From NCBI GenBank assembly GCA_937863685.1, contig CALMGM010000005.1:909046-973045 (forward strand): a DNA stretch of 64,000 bases, given 5' to 3'. The notes beneath the pieces were generated by a model. That model saw only the letters and a list, made by a program, of their open reading frames with translations, ran no database searches and had not been told where the DNA came from. The first letter of the stretch is position 1, and each line of letters starts with the position of its first letter. The position numbers and the translations under genes are program-made. Below are positions 1 through 8,575 of this stretch, piece by piece. The stretch is from an uncultured bacterium (GTDB lineage: Bacteria; Edwardsbacteria; AC1; EtOH8).

Positions 1-312
1 GACCGTAGCGTAAAGCGCGTCTGCTCCGGCCAGGGCTCCCGATTTCAAAGGCACTCCGATGACCGGCAGGGTGGTGTTGGCGGCCACCGCTCCGGCCAGG
101 TGCGCAGCCAGCCCGGCCCCGGCAATAACGGCCTCGCAACCGCTTTTCCGGGCATTCTTTGCGAATTCCGCCACTTTGTCCGGGACGCGGTGGGCGGAAA
201 GTATCTTTACCTGGGGCTTTATCCCTAATTCCTTCAGGGTCTCGATAGCTTTCTCCATCACCGGGAGGTCGCTGTCGGAACCCATCAATACGGCTACCTG
301 GGGAGCTGACAT
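1..312 (-). CDS. purE: N5-carboxyaminoimidazole ribonucleotide mutase PurE (3' end truncated by window edge)
   Basis: Reverse-strand translation MSAPQVAVLMGSDSDLPVMEKA...LSAHRVPD...TTLPVIGVP matches PurE signature motifs; start codon complement at 310-312. Confidence 0.8.
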   Translation of the reverse strand, partial: MSAPQVAVLMGSDSDLPVMEKAIETLKELGIKPQVKILSAHRVPDKVAEFAKNARKSGCEAVIAGAGLAAHLAGAVAANTTLPVIGVPLKSGALAGADALYATV

Positions 313-375
313 AATTTTTTCTCCTGCGATCGGCTGTCTGGTTTAGGTACCATTCGGGCACGGCTCGCCGTGTCC

Positions 376-843
376 CTAAGTTATGGAAATCACTTTGTAT
401 TTGATGGTGCCGGCCGGGACCGCTATTTCGGCGATATCGCCAGCCTTCTTGCCCAGCAGGCCCTTGCCGATGGGGCTTTCCACCGATATCTTGCCCTGGT
501 CGAAATCGGCCTCATTCGGGCCCACCAGGGTATAGGTCTCCTGGGAGCCGTCGCCCAGGTCCTTGACCTTGACGATCTTTCCGAAGACCACTACCCCCTT
601 GGCCAGCTTGCTCTGGTCGATCACCTCGGCATGGGTGATGTCCTCCTGCAATTGGCGGATCTTGCGTTCCACCATGCCCTGCTTTTCTTTGGCGGCATGG
701 TATTCGGCATTCTCCGAAAGGTCTCCCAGGCTGCGGGCATGGGCCAGGGCCGCCGAGACAGTGGGCCGTTCCACCGACAGCATTTTCTCCAGGTCGGCCT
801 TCATTTTGGCCAGGCCCTCTTTGGTGGTCACCACTCTGGGCAT
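376..843 (-). CDS. greA: Transcription elongation factor GreA
   Basis: 155 aa; N-terminal coiled-coil and C-terminal FKBP-like GreA motifs (LGDLSENAEYHAAKE, TYTLVGPNEAD). Confidence 0.9.
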   Translation of the reverse strand: MPRVVTTKEGLAKMKADLEKMLSVERPTVSAALAHARSLGDLSENAEYHAAKEKQGMVERKIRQLQEDITHAEVIDQSKLAKGVVVFGKIVKVKDLGDGSQETYTLVGPNEADFDQGKISVESPIGKGLLGKKAGDIAEIAVPAGTIKYKVISIT

Positions 844-1003
844 AAGGCTGCCTTCGCTTTTGGATTGATTTTATTGATCGCCATATAACTCATACCCCCC
901 TGAGGATGATAGTCAGGGGGATGTTTAACGACGACACTACAGAATCATTATATATTTTAAGGTTATGATTGTCAAGCTTATAAAGGAAGTTCTGATCCAT
1001 ATC

Positions 1004-2098
1004 TTAACGTTCCGGATATCCGGCAAAAAGACGCCCCCAGGGTGTGTCTTTCAGCCAGCGGCGGAAGAGCCGGCCCTGAACCAGCGGCCAGTGGATGACA
1101 TCGTGGTAGAAGTAAGAATAGAAGTTGCCCAGATACAGCAGGGGAGGCCTGGTAAGCAGTTTTTGCAAAAAGCGGGTCGGTCCGAACCAGGTGAACCACC
1201 CGGCAAAACGATGGAACGACATGCCTACCCGGAAACCCCAGTTCTCCCGGGCGGAGTCCTGATCGCCCGCGATCTCGATCTCCTCGGGGCGGCCGACCCC
1301 CAGCCCGTCCTCGTGAGCCATCCGGATATAATCTATCTTCATGGGGTCGAAGCCCATCATTTTGGCGGCTACCGCATCAATGGCCACCTGGTCATCTGAT
1401 GCCAGCATGATGTTTTTCACCACCGGCCGCATTATCCTGGGGCCGGGTCCGTTCCCGGCGGTGGTGGCATCCATGACGCAAAAGAGGCCGGGATGTATCT
1501 CTTTTTGAATGGTCAGCAGATCCACCAGGGTCTGATGGATATGGGTGTGGGTCTGGTGTCGTTTGTGGTTGAGCAATCCGCCAAAGGCATTTTTCATGGC
1601 CCCGGTGGTGGTGGTATAGATGTGGCATTTGGCGGTAGGCAGATGCACGATGTTCTTGCCGACAAAATAGTCCGGGATCATTATCCCTTCGTCGTAGATC
1701 TGGTGCAGGATGCGCATCCGGGCCTTGGGCCGGTAGACGATCCAGCGCATGTCCTCCTGGTGAAAGTTGAACAGGACTTTGACACCATAGGCTTTGAAAA
1801 TAGGGGCATAGCGGTTCAGCTCCTCGCCCTTGAAAGCGTTGGTCACCTCGGTCTTGTTCTGGACGCAAGCTAAATCGCGATATCCGGCGTCCTGCAGGGT
1901 TTTGATGGTACCCTCCAGCTGCCAGGGGGTGGTGTTGGCCGAGGGAAACGGATAATGCCAGGAGATATTATCCTTTATTATGGTGGCTTTTTGGTGATTC
2001 AGAGCCTGCCTGAACCCTGCCAGGTCCATCAGCCGGGCGATGTCCTTTAAAATACTTTCCGGCCTGACCTTCAATATTGCCACTATGGATTTAGTCAT
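1004..2098 (-). CDS. DUF362 domain protein (putative Fe-S binding)
   Basis: 364 aa; DUF362-like conserved blocks incl. TTAGNGPGPR; no paired opposite-strand gene. Confidence 0.55.
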   Translation of the reverse strand: MTKSIVAILKVRPESILKDIARLMDLAGFRQALNHQKATIIKDNISWHYPFPSANTTPWQLEGTIKTLQDAGYRDLACVQNKTEVTNAFKGEELNRYAPIFKAYGVKVLFNFHQEDMRWIVYRPKARMRILHQIYDEGIMIPDYFVGKNIVHLPTAKCHIYTTTTGAMKNAFGGLLNHKRHQTHTHIHQTLVDLLTIQKEIHPGLFCVMDATTAGNGPGPRIMRPVVKNIMLASDDQVAIDAVAAKMMGFDPMKIDYIRMAHEDGLGVGRPEEIEIAGDQDSARENWGFRVGMSFHRFAGWFTWFGPTRFLQKLLTRPPLLYLGNFYSYFYHDVIHWPLVQGRLFRRWLKDTPWGRLFAGYPER

Positions 2099-2105
2099 TA
2101 TTTTC

Positions 2106-3362
2106 TTAATTCCCTTCCGATTGCGATGCCGGTGGTTTGTTTTTGCTTAAAATATCCAGGCATTCCGTTTCTTCGGTCACCTGGTTGCCGGTGTACATCA
2201 AGCCCGCCATCATCACCAGGCTGGAGACCAGGATCACGAAGAACAGCACGCCCTCGCCGAACCGCTTAAGCACGAATTGCTGGGGAATGCTGTAATAAAG
2301 GATGATGGTGATCAGTCCGCGGGGGGCGATGAATAATTCCGGAAACAGGCTGGTCTTGGCGATGTATTTAAGATGAAAATAGCGGACCGAGAAGATCATT
2401 ACCATTATCAGACTGCCCAGCAGGATAATCTCCAGGTTAAGCAGATAGGCCAGGTGGATGGAGTAGCCGAACAGCACGAAGAAGAAAGTCCGGATGACAA
2501 AAGCCGACTCCGAAGTGATCAGCTTTAATTGCCGGAGCTCGTAGGTCAGCTTGTACGGGTTCAGATATTTCTTGATGGGGCCCCGGACGATCAGATAAAC
2601 GTTGCTGATGGTCAGGCCGAACACCAGTATCAACAGCAGGGATGAAAGGTGAAACAGCTCTCCCAGGGAATACACCAAAAACAGGATGGAGAGCAGCAGG
2701 AAGAATTTATTGTGTCCGGCGATCTTGTCAATGAACAGCAGCAGCAGCAGGGAGCAGACCACCGAGATGAGCGAGATGACGGTCAGGTTGCCGACAAAGG
2801 AGAAGACCGAAGCAGCCGACCACAGGCTTTTCTGAATGGCGAAATTGAAGATCATGATGCCGATGATATCCGAAAAGGTGGCCTCATAAACCATGAACTC
2901 TTTTTTATCGGGGCTCAGGTTGCAGACCGAGGGGATCACTATGGCGCTGCTGATGACGGCCATGGGGACTGCGTTTACAAAGCAACTTTGGAAAGGAGCG
3001 TTCAGCACCAGTTTTATCACCAGGGCTATCAGCAGGGATGATGCCACGAAGATCAGGACCGCCGAGGCCATCGATTTTCTTATCACCGGCAGCTTCTCCC
3101 GGCTGAGGTTGAGTTCCAGAGTGGCTTCCAGCACGATCAGGATCACTCCGATGATGCCGAACAGCTCCAGATATATTCGGGAATTGAGGAAGGCTATATT
3201 CAGAGAGCTACCGACAAAACGCAGGATGATCCCCACGGTCAATAGCAGCAGGACCGAAGGGATTCTCGACTTCCGGGACATGATGTCGAACAGGTAAGAC
3301 ATTATCACCAGAAGACTCAAGGAAATGATCAGCGAATATGAAAGCAATCCCGGATGATCCAT
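2106..3362 (-). CDS. Cation:proton antiporter (CPA1/NhaP-like) membrane protein
   Basis: 418 aa polytopic hydrophobic protein with Na+/H+ exchanger-like TM pattern. Confidence 0.55.
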   Translation of the reverse strand: MDHPGLLSYSLIISLSLLVIMSYLFDIMSRKSRIPSVLLLLTVGIILRFVGSSLNIAFLNSRIYLELFGIIGVILIVLEATLELNLSREKLPVIRKSMASAVLIFVASSLLIALVIKLVLNAPFQSCFVNAVPMAVISSAIVIPSVCNLSPDKKEFMVYEATFSDIIGIMIFNFAIQKSLWSAASVFSFVGNLTVISLISVVCSLLLLLFIDKIAGHNKFFLLLSILFLVYSLGELFHLSSLLLILVFGLTISNVYLIVRGPIKKYLNPYKLTYELRQLKLITSESAFVIRTFFFVLFGYSIHLAYLLNLEIILLGSLIMVMIFSVRYFHLKYIAKTSLFPELFIAPRGLITIILYYSIPQQFVLKRFGEGVLFFVILVSSLVMMAGLMYTGNQVTEETECLDILSKNKPPASQSEGN

Positions 3363-3455
3363 AGATTAACCCAGATAATGATGATTAGTGTGTTGTTCAA
3401 TAGGAATTATCTTATATATCCGGAACGAAGTCAATCCAAATGATAGGGGCTGTTT

Positions 3456-4916
3456 TTACAGAACCAGCCAGGACAGCAGGATCACTAAAATGAATACCGT
3501 GAATACCGCACCGTAGGAGATGGAGAGGAGATTCAATTTGATAAAGGTGGGCCAAAAGCCCTGCTGATAGAATCTTCTCATGCTCAAGTAAAGGTATAGC
3601 GGAATGGTCATGATCAGCAGACTCAGCCACTGGCTGAGCACTGGGATATGGAAAAAGCGGGTGGAGGTGATAACCAGAATGGTCAAAAACACAAAGGCGT
3701 GAAAATGAATTGAGAATATCAGGTGCTGCATGTAATAGCGTCCGGAGCGGATGTAGAGCAATTTCAGCAGCAGGGCGAACAGCGGCATCAGCAGGAACAT
3801 GCTCTGGGCGAACCGCTCGATAAGCGTCTCCACGAACAGTTCGGGATTTTTGGTTCCGCGGCGGTATCCTTCCTCGACCATCTTGGTAAAGCGGTGGTCG
3901 AAGCTTAAGGTATCCTCTTGGGCGACATTGATGTCTTGCCCGGTTATTGGCTCGGAACCATTATCCGTAGCTTTGATTTCAATTCTTGTTTCGGGCTCCT
4001 CCTGAAGCTCCTCCAGATGGGAGCGCTTGCTGGTCATGGCCAGCAGCAAAAACAACACGAAACTGATGATTACGTAGGTTCTTAAGGGCGGGACGTAGCG
4101 CACTCTCCGGCCGGCTATATAATCGGCGGTAAGGAAACCCGGTTTGGTGATCAGCGGGGCCAGGGTGTGAATGAAGCGCGAGTCGATCCGCAGTTCATCC
4201 CACAGGAATTCGTGCAGCAGCTCCTTGAAGGGGACATTGATGTCGGTGTTCTTCTGGCCGCAGTCGTGGCAGTATTTGCCGTGCAACAATGCTCCGCAAT
4301 TTAGGCAGTTATCCGGCAGAGCATGATGAATCCTCGATTTGCGGGGAACAAAAAAACCGGTGGTTTCCTTATAATTCAAATATTCCTCGCCCAGCTGCAG
4401 TTCCAGTTCCTTCTCCTCGATGCGGCACAGCAGATAAAAGGCGGGGATCCACAACAAGGAGAACAGTATCAGGAAGGGAGAATTCAGTATCAAGGCGGCC
4501 ACCAAGGGGAGAGCCATCTTGCCCAGGGCCTGGGGATGGCGGATCTTTTGATAGATCCCGCGGGCGGAGGCCCGGCGGTCCTTTACGGCAATGCTCTCCG
4601 GTCCGGCGTCGATCATCCCCCTTATCCAAATGACGATGGAGGGAAGGCCGATGATGATAGCGGCAGCCAGAGAGAACCAGCGATTCCAAAGAAATTCGGC
4701 AGGGATGAATTTGAAGGCCGGGAAAGCCTTATACAGCAGGTAGCTGATGAAATGCAAAACCAAAGACGCCGCCGATATGATCCTGAAAATAACGGACCGC
4801 AGTTCGGTTCGGCCTTCTGGGGCCAAGGCTTGGATAGATCCGGCGACGCTGCGATATCCGAAGAACAGATACAGCCCGGCGGAAAGGAACATTAATATAA
4901 GGATAAACCAGGACAT
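3456..4916 (-). CDS. Membrane fusion protein: ICMT/PEMT-like methyltransferase domain + zinc ribbon + DUF3667-like membrane domain
   Basis: RHPQALG...EEKELELQLGEEYLNYKETTGFF methyltransferase motif; CLNCGALLHGKYCHDCGQ zinc ribbon; C-terminal polytopic region resembling DUF3667. Confidence 0.5.
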   Translation of the reverse strand: MSWFILILMFLSAGLYLFFGYRSVAGSIQALAPEGRTELRSVIFRIISAASLVLHFISYLLYKAFPAFKFIPAEFLWNRWFSLAAAIIIGLPSIVIWIRGMIDAGPESIAVKDRRASARGIYQKIRHPQALGKMALPLVAALILNSPFLILFSLLWIPAFYLLCRIEEKELELQLGEEYLNYKETTGFFVPRKSRIHHALPDNCLNCGALLHGKYCHDCGQKNTDINVPFKELLHEFLWDELRIDSRFIHTLAPLITKPGFLTADYIAGRRVRYVPPLRTYVIISFVLFLLLAMTSKRSHLEELQEEPETRIEIKATDNGSEPITGQDINVAQEDTLSFDHRFTKMVEEGYRRGTKNPELFVETLIERFAQSMFLLMPLFALLLKLLYIRSGRYYMQHLIFSIHFHAFVFLTILVITSTRFFHIPVLSQWLSLLIMTIPLYLYLSMRRFYQQGFWPTFIKLNLLSISYGAVFTVFILVILLSWLVL

Positions 4917-4937
4917 AAACGATTAATAATTTGATTA

Positions 4938-5387
4938 TTATTTTACCATATCCTCGGCCTTGGAAAAATGCATCTGAAAAATCTTCCACGTGCCATCGAT
5001 TTTCTCCAAAACGCCTGTCCAGCGCACCTTCTCCCAGTTGGCAGGCTTGCCTTTAAAGGTATTGAAATCATCCAGCAGGCAGGCAAACCAGGCGGTCTGT
5101 AATGTCGCCGATAAGTTTATCCTGAGTTCATGCAGCTCGTATTTTATCGCCTTAAAATCATCCCGCATGAAGAAATCCCCCGTCATTTTTTTAAATTGCT
5201 CAATGCCCCTGACGGTACTTTTGGAATCGGTCTGAAAGAAGAACAGTTCGTCATTGTCTATCATGGAAGAATAAAGCTGGTCCAGGTTCTTATTGTTCAC
5301 CGCCCAGCCGATGCTGTCCCGTATGACCTGGTCAATTATTTTGATCTCGGGATGGGGATTGTCGATGTTATTGTAGGTGTAGGGCAT
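4938..5387 (-). CDS. NTF2-like / SnoaL-like domain protein
   Basis: 149 aa soluble protein with NTF2-fold-like pattern; weak. Confidence 0.4.
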   Translation of the reverse strand: MPYTYNNIDNPHPEIKIIDQVIRDSIGWAVNNKNLDQLYSSMIDNDELFFFQTDSKSTVRGIEQFKKMTGDFFMRDDFKAIKYELHELRINLSATLQTAWFACLLDDFNTFKGKPANWEKVRWTGVLEKIDGTWKIFQMHFSKAEDMVK

Positions 5388-5391
5388 GATA

Positions 5392-5910
5392 TCATTCCTT
5401 TCGATTATCTATCCAGAACCGCAGGATGTTTTTACCGGTGGATTCCTCTAAAACGACGTTCTCGATGATCCCGCCGTTTTTTTCTATCACTTTTTGCGAG
5501 TGGATATTTTCTTCATTGCAGGTGACCAGGACCCGGTCTATGCCATGTTTTGCGGCTTCCAGCAGAGTCTGTCTTAATATCTCCGTAGCGTAGCCTTTCC
5601 GGCGGTGTTCGGGTGAAACATCATAACCGATATGGCCGCCGATATTCAAAAAATACTTATTTAGCTCCAGACGCAGCCGGCTGTTACCGACAAGAACATT
5701 GTCATCATTCAAGAACCAAAATGATTTTTGCAGGACCTTTCCCGGCGGCAGATTATCCGGGTCCTCGAACCGATTGAGTGCGGTAATATATTCCCGAAAG
5801 GGCTGCCCTTCTTTTATCTGATGCCGGTCCTCACTATGCCGGCGGTAGGTTGCGGAGAATTCAGCGAATAATGGCTCGGTGAGTTCGTCTAATCTTATAT
5901 GGCGAAGCAT
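5392..5910 (-). CDS. GNAT family N-acetyltransferase
   Basis: GHIGYDVSPEHRRKGYATEILRQ acetyl-CoA binding motif (R/Q-x-x-G-x-G/A). Confidence 0.75.
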   Translation of the reverse strand: MLRHIRLDELTEPLFAEFSATYRRHSEDRHQIKEGQPFREYITALNRFEDPDNLPPGKVLQKSFWFLNDDNVLVGNSRLRLELNKYFLNIGGHIGYDVSPEHRRKGYATEILRQTLLEAAKHGIDRVLVTCNEENIHSQKVIEKNGGIIENVVLEESTGKNILRFWIDNRKE

Positions 5911-5925
5911 ACTAATAACGTTGTT

Positions 5926-6690
5926 TTATTTGGGGCTGATTCTCGGCAAGTAATCAAGCTTCGGATTAGAGATGGCTTTCAGTAGATTCTCTTTTACCGG
6001 AGAACCATCGGATTGCAGGTTATTAAGCAGTTTTCTGATCGCAAGCCGTTTGGAATCCTTGGCCCCCGGGCAGGAGAATGTCTTTATTCGCCCGAACCTT
6101 TGAGCGGAATATTTGACGATTTCCTCTTTCCAAACATAAGCCAGTGGCCGGATGATGTACGCTTTGTTTTTGAGAATCGATTGCTTGGGCAGAATAGCGG
6201 CCAGTTTGCCGGAATACAGAATATTCAGCAGGGCGGTTTCCACCAGGTCGTCGGCGTTGTGGCCAAGGGCGATCTTATTGCAGCCCTGCTCCTCGGCCAG
6301 ATCGAACAATGATCTCCTGCGGGCCAGGGAGCATTTGAAGCAATCGGTAAAAATATCCCCGCTCAACGGCGTCACAGAGGCCACGAAAGGTACACTCAAG
6401 GCAACGCATATTTTTTTCAGCTTTTTTACCGGGGCGAGGGGTTTCCCCTGGTACTCTCCCGGCACGTGTCCGGCGATGATGGATATCCCCAGACTGCGAC
6501 CGAGTTTTTTATGCTGTTGGGACAGGATATCCAGCATTACCAGACTGTCACTGCCGCCGGAAATGCCTATTAATACTTTATCTTCCGGCTCAAGCTGTTT
6601 AAAGTCTTTTTCGGCCCGAATGACCCGGGGATAGATTTTGCCCCAGTTGTCAGGCTTGGTCAGAGCATATCTTGCTTTTTCATCTTTCAT
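5926..6690 (-). CDS. ttcA: tRNA 2-thiocytidine biosynthesis protein TtcA-like PP-loop ATPase
   Basis: PP-loop SGGSDS, CFKCSLARRR (TtcA CxxC-RRG-like motif), second Cys pair downstream. Confidence 0.6.
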   Translation of the reverse strand: MKDEKARYALTKPDNWGKIYPRVIRAEKDFKQLEPEDKVLIGISGGSDSLVMLDILSQQHKKLGRSLGISIIAGHVPGEYQGKPLAPVKKLKKICVALSVPFVASVTPLSGDIFTDCFKCSLARRRSLFDLAEEQGCNKIALGHNADDLVETALLNILYSGKLAAILPKQSILKNKAYIIRPLAYVWKEEIVKYSAQRFGRIKTFSCPGAKDSKRLAIRKLLNNLQSDGSPVKENLLKAISNPKLDYLPRISPK

Positions 6691-6781
6691 TGAAAAAGTA
6701 TATTTTACCGGCCGGGGAATGTCAAGATAATTGTGTGGCCATGGTCCCTTTCCACCAAAGAAAAGGATCCTGTTTTTATGT

Positions 6782-7060
6782 CGTCATCCTGAACGCTACT
6801 ACATATTACTCTGGCAATTAAATAGATCAAAAATCCCTATCTGTTTTCGAACGTCCTTGTTGTCATGCCAGTGAAAACGGGCATCCAGGCCTGGATTCCC
6901 TCTGGAGTTTACCCCTGGATTCCAGACTGCGCTGGAATGACAGGGGAGGGAATGACACATTGTGCTATTTATTTGTCAAAGAAGTAATTGGCATTGAAGG
7001 ATCTTCGGCATAAAGATTCTTCGGCTGGTTGGGCAGTGAGCCAGGCTCAGAATGACGGGT
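6782..7060. repeat. Structured intergenic element bounded by imperfect inverted repeats (cgtcatcctgaacgc / gctcagaatgacgg), internal direct repeats cctggattcc x2 and ggaatgaca x2
   Basis: Read directly in 430-bp divergent intergenic region between ttcA-like and DUF401-like genes. Confidence 0.3.
7017..7057 (+). repeat. 41-nt element ttcttcggct-hairpin-ctcagaatgacg (copy A)
   Basis: Shares both 10-12 nt ends with a second copy at 37640-37681; middle forms a short hairpin in both. Confidence 0.35.
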
Positions 7061-7127
7061 CAGACAAAAACCATTGACCTGGCCGGCCGATTAAAGTAAA
7101 ATGGTGTCAATGATTTTATGATAGCCG

Positions 7128-8339
7128 ATGCTGATAATTATAAAAATACTGCTGATATTTGCCCTGATAATATTCCTGCTATGGCGCAAGTGGCCGCTGG
7201 GCCCGGTGATGCTTCTGGCCTCGCTTTTCCTGGGTCTTTTATTCAAAATGTCGCCGGGAGATATGGGACAGAGCGCCCTGCGGGCGGCCCTGGAGTTTGA
7301 GACCACCGTATACCTGGTCATCGTCCTCTACCTGATAGCCATTCTGGAGAATCTGCTGCGGACCGGCGGCCTGCTGGCCAGGATGGTCGGCGCTTTAAAG
7401 GTGCTGTTCCGCGACCACCGGCTGGTGGCCTCCTTCATGCCGGCCTTCATCGGATTCCTGCCCTCGGCCGGGGGCGCCATGTTCTCGGCCCCTCTGGTGA
7501 GGGAGGCCACCGGCCACATGGACCTGTCACCCGGCCGGAAGACCTTCATCAACTACTGGTACCGCCATATCTGGGAGGCGGTGTTCCCGCTGTATCCCGG
7601 CCTGCTGCTGGCGGCGGTGCTGGCCGGTCGGCCGGCGGCCGACCTGATATACCGGCAATGGCCCTATACTTTAGGCGCCATCGTCATAGGCTGGCTGGTG
7701 GGCTGGCGCGGGGTGAAGAAGGATGTTTGGGACCAGGCGGCCGATTATAAAAAGGCCTGGAGGGACGTCCTGCTGACCATGTCCCCGGTGCTGTTCGTGA
7801 TAATATCGGTGCTGGCCTTCAAATTCGACCTGGCTCTTATGACCGCCCTGGCGGTGGCGGGCCTGGCCATCGGCCTGAAATACCCAATGAGAAAGATCCC
7901 CGGCCTGCTGTGGGATTCCTTCAAGCCGATGACCCTGCTGTTGATCGTCGGGGTGATGGTCTTCAAGGGGATGCTGGAGACCAGCGGGGCCATAGCGGCC
8001 CTGCCGGGGATCCTTCTGGGCGGCGGGGTGCCCAAGGTGCTCATAATATCCCTTTTGCCGTTCATGGTGGGCCTGTTGACCGGCATCAGCCAGGGATATG
8101 TGGCGGTGGCCTTCCCCCTGCTGCTGGGAATATTTGGGTCTCCGACAGGATCGCTCAACTGGTATGTTTTGGCGTTTGTGGCCGGTCTGGGCGGGGTGCT
8201 GATCTCCCCCAGCCATCTGTGCCTGGCTTTGACCAGGGAATATTTTGAGGCCAACTGGGGCCAGGTATACCGCTACCTGCTGCCGGCCTCGATGGGGTTG
8301 ATGCTACTGGGGTTTTTGTTGTATTATTGGTGGCGGTAA
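7128..8339 (+). CDS. Polytopic membrane protein, DUF401-like putative permease
   Basis: 403 aa, about 10-12 TM helices, N-terminal MLIIIKILLIFALIIFLLW; family call tentative. Confidence 0.45.
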   Translation: MLIIIKILLIFALIIFLLWRKWPLGPVMLLASLFLGLLFKMSPGDMGQSALRAALEFETTVYLVIVLYLIAILENLLRTGGLLARMVGALKVLFRDHRLVASFMPAFIGFLPSAGGAMFSAPLVREATGHMDLSPGRKTFINYWYRHIWEAVFPLYPGLLLAAVLAGRPAADLIYRQWPYTLGAIVIGWLVGWRGVKKDVWDQAADYKKAWRDVLLTMSPVLFVIISVLAFKFDLALMTALAVAGLAIGLKYPMRKIPGLLWDSFKPMTLLLIVGVMVFKGMLETSGAIAALPGILLGGGVPKVLIISLLPFMVGLLTGISQGYVAVAFPLLLGIFGSPTGSLNWYVLAFVAGLGGVLISPSHLCLALTREYFEANWGQVYRYLLPASMGLMLLGFLLYYWWR

Positions 8340-8468
8340 GGCAACGAAAAATGGCAGGCGATATAGAAATATCAAGAACCTTTAGAACATTCAAACACAA
8401 AGCATGAATAATAATTGAAGCAACAACCAAGCTTAAAAACCCTAAAAAAGCAATGATTTTTCAAACCG

Positions 8469-8494
8469 TCTCCATGACGGTTTTTTTATTTTAA
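8469..8494 (+). terminator. Rho-independent terminator (aaccgtc-tccat-gacggtt + T7)
   Basis: 7-bp GC-containing stem followed by TTTTTTT, 130 nt after stop of 7128-8339. Confidence 0.6.
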
Positions 8495-8575
8495 GGGAAC
8501 CGAAAATGAGGCAATGTTATCTAAATCTGCATAACCCCTTAAAAGCAAGACAATTATAATTAATCAGAGGGAAAT

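Noticed and set aside
59-346. 95-aa plus-strand ORF at window start
   Set aside because: Antisense to a clear purE reading frame on the minus strand.
6700-7127. tRNA or riboswitch in the large ttcA/DUF401 intergenic region
   Set aside because: No cloverleaf-compatible arms or T-loop GTTCRANYC motif found. No recognisable riboswitch consensus. Only the repeat structure is reported.
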